Positions 61,089 to 64,000 of a stretch of DNA of 64,000 nucleotides are shown here, piece after piece; the stretch's first letter is position 1, and each line of letters starts with the position of its first letter. The DNA lies in the NCBI GenBank assembly GCA_963720235.1, contig OY970389.1, positions 5,362,970-5,426,969 on the forward strand, given 5' to 3'. The position numbers and the translations under genes are program-made. The stretch comes from Pyrinomonadaceae bacterium (GTDB lineage Bacteria; Acidobacteriota; Blastocatellia; Pyrinomonadales; Pyrinomonadaceae). The notes beneath the pieces were generated by a model. The model saw only the letters and a program-made list of their open reading frames with translations, was not told the origin of the DNA and made no database searches.

Positions 61089-64000
61089 ATGTCTGCAAAT
61101 CCGCTTCAAATCGTAGCCAGTGGAACGGGCCGCCGCGTTAGCCAACCGCCTGCGCGTCACGACTTTTCCAAGATTAAGACTGCTGTACGCATCCCGAATC
61201 TGATAGAGATTCAGCGCGAGTCGTACAATCGTTTCCTGCAAATGGATTTATTGCCCGAAGAGCGCGAGCGCACGGGCCTCCAAGCCGTCTTTCAGTCCGT
61301 CTTTCCGATTTCGGACTTTCGCGGCACGGCGACGCTCGATTTTGTCGAGTTTCAAATCGGCAACTGGCAGTGCAAGTGCGGTCGCCTCGAAGGCTTAAAC
61401 TACCTTCGCGCCAACTGCAAGACCTGCGGCTCGACCATCAAGGTTGACCCGTTGACGCCGGGCGAGACACTGTGCCACAACTGCGGGACTTTCAACGCCG
61501 TGCGCCCGCAACTGTGCGACAACTGCGGCGAGCCAGTCGGCCTCAAGCACAAGCACGACCAGCAGGAATGTCAGGAGCGCGGCATGTCTTACAGCGTGCC
61601 TCTCAAGGTCAAGATTCGCCTCACGGTCTATGACAAAGACCCTGAGACAGAATCGCTCTCCATCCGCGACATCAAAGAGGAAGAAGTCTTCTTCGGCGAA
61701 ATTCCTTTGATGACGGACAACGGAACTTTCATCATCAACGGCACAGAGCGCGTCATCGTCTCGCAGTTGCACCGCTCGCCCGGAGTCTTCTTCAAACGCG
61801 GCGCATTGAATGTCGCCAAGATTATTCCATATCGCGGCTCTTGGGTTGAGTTTGAGTACGACCAGAAGAACTTGCTGTATGTGCGCGTCGGCAAGCGCAA
61901 ATTCTTAGCGACGATTTTCCTGCGCGCTCTGGGCATCTGGCTCGACCCGCAGTTTGAGAATCGTCAGGCCGCTTCGGATGCGCAACTGGAAGAAGCCATC
62001 AAGAATGCTTCATTCTCTGATGCAGACATCCTGCGCGAATTCCACACGGCGGATGAAGTGCGCGCCGAGCAGGGCCGTATCTTTATCAAAGTGCCAGAGT
62101 CAGGCACTAGCAATCTGGTTGGCATGCGCGTGGATTTCGATGTCATGGGACGCGGGAACGACCCGATTGTGCGCTCCGGCAAGAAGGTGACGAACACCGC
62201 GCTCGAAGCTCTGCGCAAAGCCAACAAAAGCGAAGTTGAGATTGACAGCGCGCAACTCGAAGGCGCGTTCGCGCTCTCGGATGTGGTCAACACGGAGACC
62301 GGCGAAGTCGTCCTCGAAGCCAACAATGAAATCACTCCGGCCAAGTTGCAGGAGATTGTAGAGGCAGGCATACAGAGCTTTTATGTCTTCTTTCCAGAGC
62401 GCGACGACCTTGGGCCAATTCTTTCACAGACTCTTAAAAAGGATGTCATTACGAAGCCCGTTGATGCGCTCCTTGAAATCTATCGCAAGATGCGTCCGGG
62501 CGACCCGCCGACTGTGCAGACGGCTTATCGTCTTTTGGAAGGCATGTTCTTTGACCCGCGCAAGTTTGATTTCTCGCGTGTCGGACGCCTCAAGTTCAAT
62601 ATCAAGATGGGCAAGCCAGAGCGCGAGCGCATAGACGACCCGCTTCTCGCGGCGCAGGATTTTGTCGAAGTGGTTTCGTATCTCTTGAAGATGCGCCGCA
62701 ATCCTGCCGAGTTTCAAGCGGATGATATTGACCATCTTGGCAATCGCCGCGTCCGCGCTGTGGGCGAGCTTCTGGAAAATCAGTTCCGCATCGGTCTTGA
62801 GAGAATGGAGCGGGCCATCAAAGAAAAGATGTCCATCCATCAAGAGATGCAGACGACGATGCCGCGCGATTTGATAAACGCCAAGCCCGTGACGGCTGCC
62901 GTGCGCGAGTTCTTCGGTTCATCACAGCTCTCGCAGTTTATGGACCAGACGAACCCGCTCTCGGAGATTACGCACAAGCGCAGGCTCTCGGCCTTAGGGC
63001 CGGGCGGTCTCTCGCGCGAGCGCGCAGGCTTTGAAGTGCGCGACGTGCACCCGACGCACTATGGCCGCATCTGCCCGATTGAGACGCCTGAAGGCCCGAA
63101 CATCGGACTGATTTCGTCTCTCTCCTGCTTTGCGCGCATCAACGAGTTCGGCTTTATCGAGTCGCCCTATCGCAAGGTCGTGGATGGTCGCGTCGTAGAG
63201 TATGTGCGTGTCATCAACGGCGGCGACACCAAATTGAAGCCGGGCGACCACGTGCAGCAGGAAGAGGTCGAGAAGGCCAACAAGCGTGTCCCGGCGGATG
63301 GTCGCAAGGCCGAATCCGAGCCCTGGCCCTTTTACTTGACAGCCTGGGAAGAGGACAAGCATGTTGTCGGTCAGGCCAACATTGAGTTGGACGACGACGG
63401 CAATATCATCAACGAGCGCAATGCTTCGCGCAAAGCAGGCGAGTTCATTCTCGCGCGCCGCGAAGAGATTGTTTACGTTGACGTGTCGCCCAAACAGCTT
63501 GTCTCGGTTGCGGCTTCCTTGATTCCGTTCCTTGAGAACGACGACGCGAACCGCGCCTTGATGGGTTCAAACATGCAACGCCAGAGTGTGCCGCTTCTAC
63601 GTGCCGAAGCTCCGTACATCGGAACGGGCATGGAGAAGGTGACGGCGCAGGATTCCGGCGCGGTTGTCGTCGCACGCCGCGACGGCGTAGTGGACTACGT
63701 TGATTCCGAGCGCATCATCATCAAGGCCGACCACAATATGGACGGCACGATTTCGCGCGAAGTGACGGCGGACATCTACACCTTGATTAAGTTCAAACGC
63801 TCGAATCAGAACACCTGTATCAACCAGAGACCAATCGTGCAGGTCGGCGAGCGCGTAGTCAAAGGACAGGTCATCGCAGACGGCCCTTGCACGGACAAAG
63901 GCGAGCTTGCTCTTGGTCGCAACGTGCTGGTCGCCTTCATGCCGTGGCGCGGTTATAACTTCGAGGACGCGATTCTGGTTTCAGAGCGTCTTGTGAAGGA
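61089..64000 (+). CDS. rpoB: DNA-directed RNA polymerase beta subunit, 5' partial (runs off the window; absent from the ORF track)
   Basis: My own translation from ATG 61089: MSANPLQIV...[16 protein letters not shown]...[33 protein letters not shown]...[45 protein letters not shown].... The frame stays open to position 64000. Confidence 0.97.
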   Translation, partial: MSANPLQIVASGTGRRVSQPPARHDFSKIKTAVRIPNLIEIQRESYNRFLQMDLLPEERERTGLQAVFQSVFPISDFRGTATLDFVEFQIGNWQCKCGRLEGLNYLRANCKTCGSTIKVDPLTPGETLCHNCGTFNAVRPQLCDNCGEPVGLKHKHDQQECQERGMSYSVPLKVKIRLTVYDKDPETESLSIRDIKEEEVFFGEIPLMTDNGTFIINGTERVIVSQLHRSPGVFFKRGALNVAKIIPYRGSWVEFEYDQKNLLYVRVGKRKFLATIFLRALGIWLDPQFENRQAASDAQLEEAIKNASFSDADILREFHTADEVRAEQGRIFIKVPESGTSNLVGMRVDFDVMGRGNDPIVRSGKKVTNTALEALRKANKSEVEIDSAQLEGAFALSDVVNTETGEVVLEANNEITPAKLQEIVEAGIQSFYVFFPERDDLGPILSQTLKKDVITKPVDALLEIYRKMRPGDPPTVQTAYRLLEGMFFDPRKFDFSRVGRLKFNIKMGKPERERIDDPLLAAQDFVEVVSYLLKMRRNPAEFQADDIDHLGNRRVRAVGELLENQFRIGLERMERAIKEKMSIHQEMQTTMPRDLINAKPVTAAVREFFGSSQLSQFMDQTNPLSEITHKRRLSALGPGGLSRERAGFEVRDVHPTHYGRICPIETPEGPNIGLISSLSCFARINEFGFIESPYRKVVDGRVVEYVRVINGGDTKLKPGDHVQQEEVEKANKRVPADGRKAESEPWPFYLTAWEEDKHVVGQANIELDDDGNIINERNASRKAGEFILARREEIVYVDVSPKQLVSVAASLIPFLENDDANRALMGSNMQRQSVPLLRAEAPYIGTGMEKVTAQDSGAVVVARRDGVVDYVDSERIIIKADHNMDGTISREVTADIYTLIKFKRSNQNTCINQRPIVQVGERVVKGQVIADGPCTDKGELALGRNVLVAFMPWRGYNFEDAILVSERLVK

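Overview
This is a 64-kb chromosomal window from a moderately GC-rich bacterium. Gene content suggests a soil Acidobacteriota-like organism, but that taxonomy is only a guess. All calls come from reading the sequence and ORF track by eye; no searches were run.

Gene content, left to right:
1. Exported proteases: an M4 thermolysin-like enzyme, an S8 subtilisin-like enzyme, and an exported TPR-CHAT protein. A long sigma factor and its anti-sigma lie next to them.
2. A 12.7-kb chemosensory cluster: cheY-cheA-cheW, a soluble MCP, a PAS-HEAT-repeat protein, cheR (frameshifted), cheB, cheY, a cheC-type gene and a PAS hybrid kinase. The layout resembles the non-motility Che7/Cpc7 system of Myxococcus.
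3. A TolB-like propeller, a TPR plus Fis-HTH protein, and a 1007-aa secreted multidomain protein with an orphan HExxH motif.
4. An ECF sigma/anti-sigma unit flanked by two LTxxQ (Spy/CpxP-like) proteins, divergent from a MacAB-type efflux pump.
5. A potassium locus (kup, kdpE-like, kimA-like, N-terminally truncated kdpD-like) with no kdpFABC.
6. A beta-propeller protein interrupted by about 8 TM helices, an S9 peptidase, and a 1405-aa PQQ-type sugar dehydrogenase multidomain protein.
7. The conserved block tRNA-Tyr/Gly/Thr-tuf-rpmG-tRNA-Trp-secE-nusG-rplKAJL-rpoB. rpoB runs off the right edge and is missing from the ORF track.

Observations most worth following up:
- Four families of structured intergenic repeats. 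Families A-C (nested palindromes and long hairpins) sit directly 3' of stop codons, and two of them bracket single genes. Family D comprises hairpins in the tRNA/ribosomal-protein block whose arms are built from heptamer tandem repeats; most of these also start at a stop codon.
- The Che7-like cluster, which carries paralogous PAS domains on the HEAT protein and on the hybrid kinase.
- A one-nucleotide frameshift in cheR, centred on a 12-nt palindrome.
- A roughly 60-aa double Cys4 zinc-ribbon-like insertion near the N-terminus of RpoB.
- A KdpDE-like pair embedded between Kup and a KimA-type transporter.
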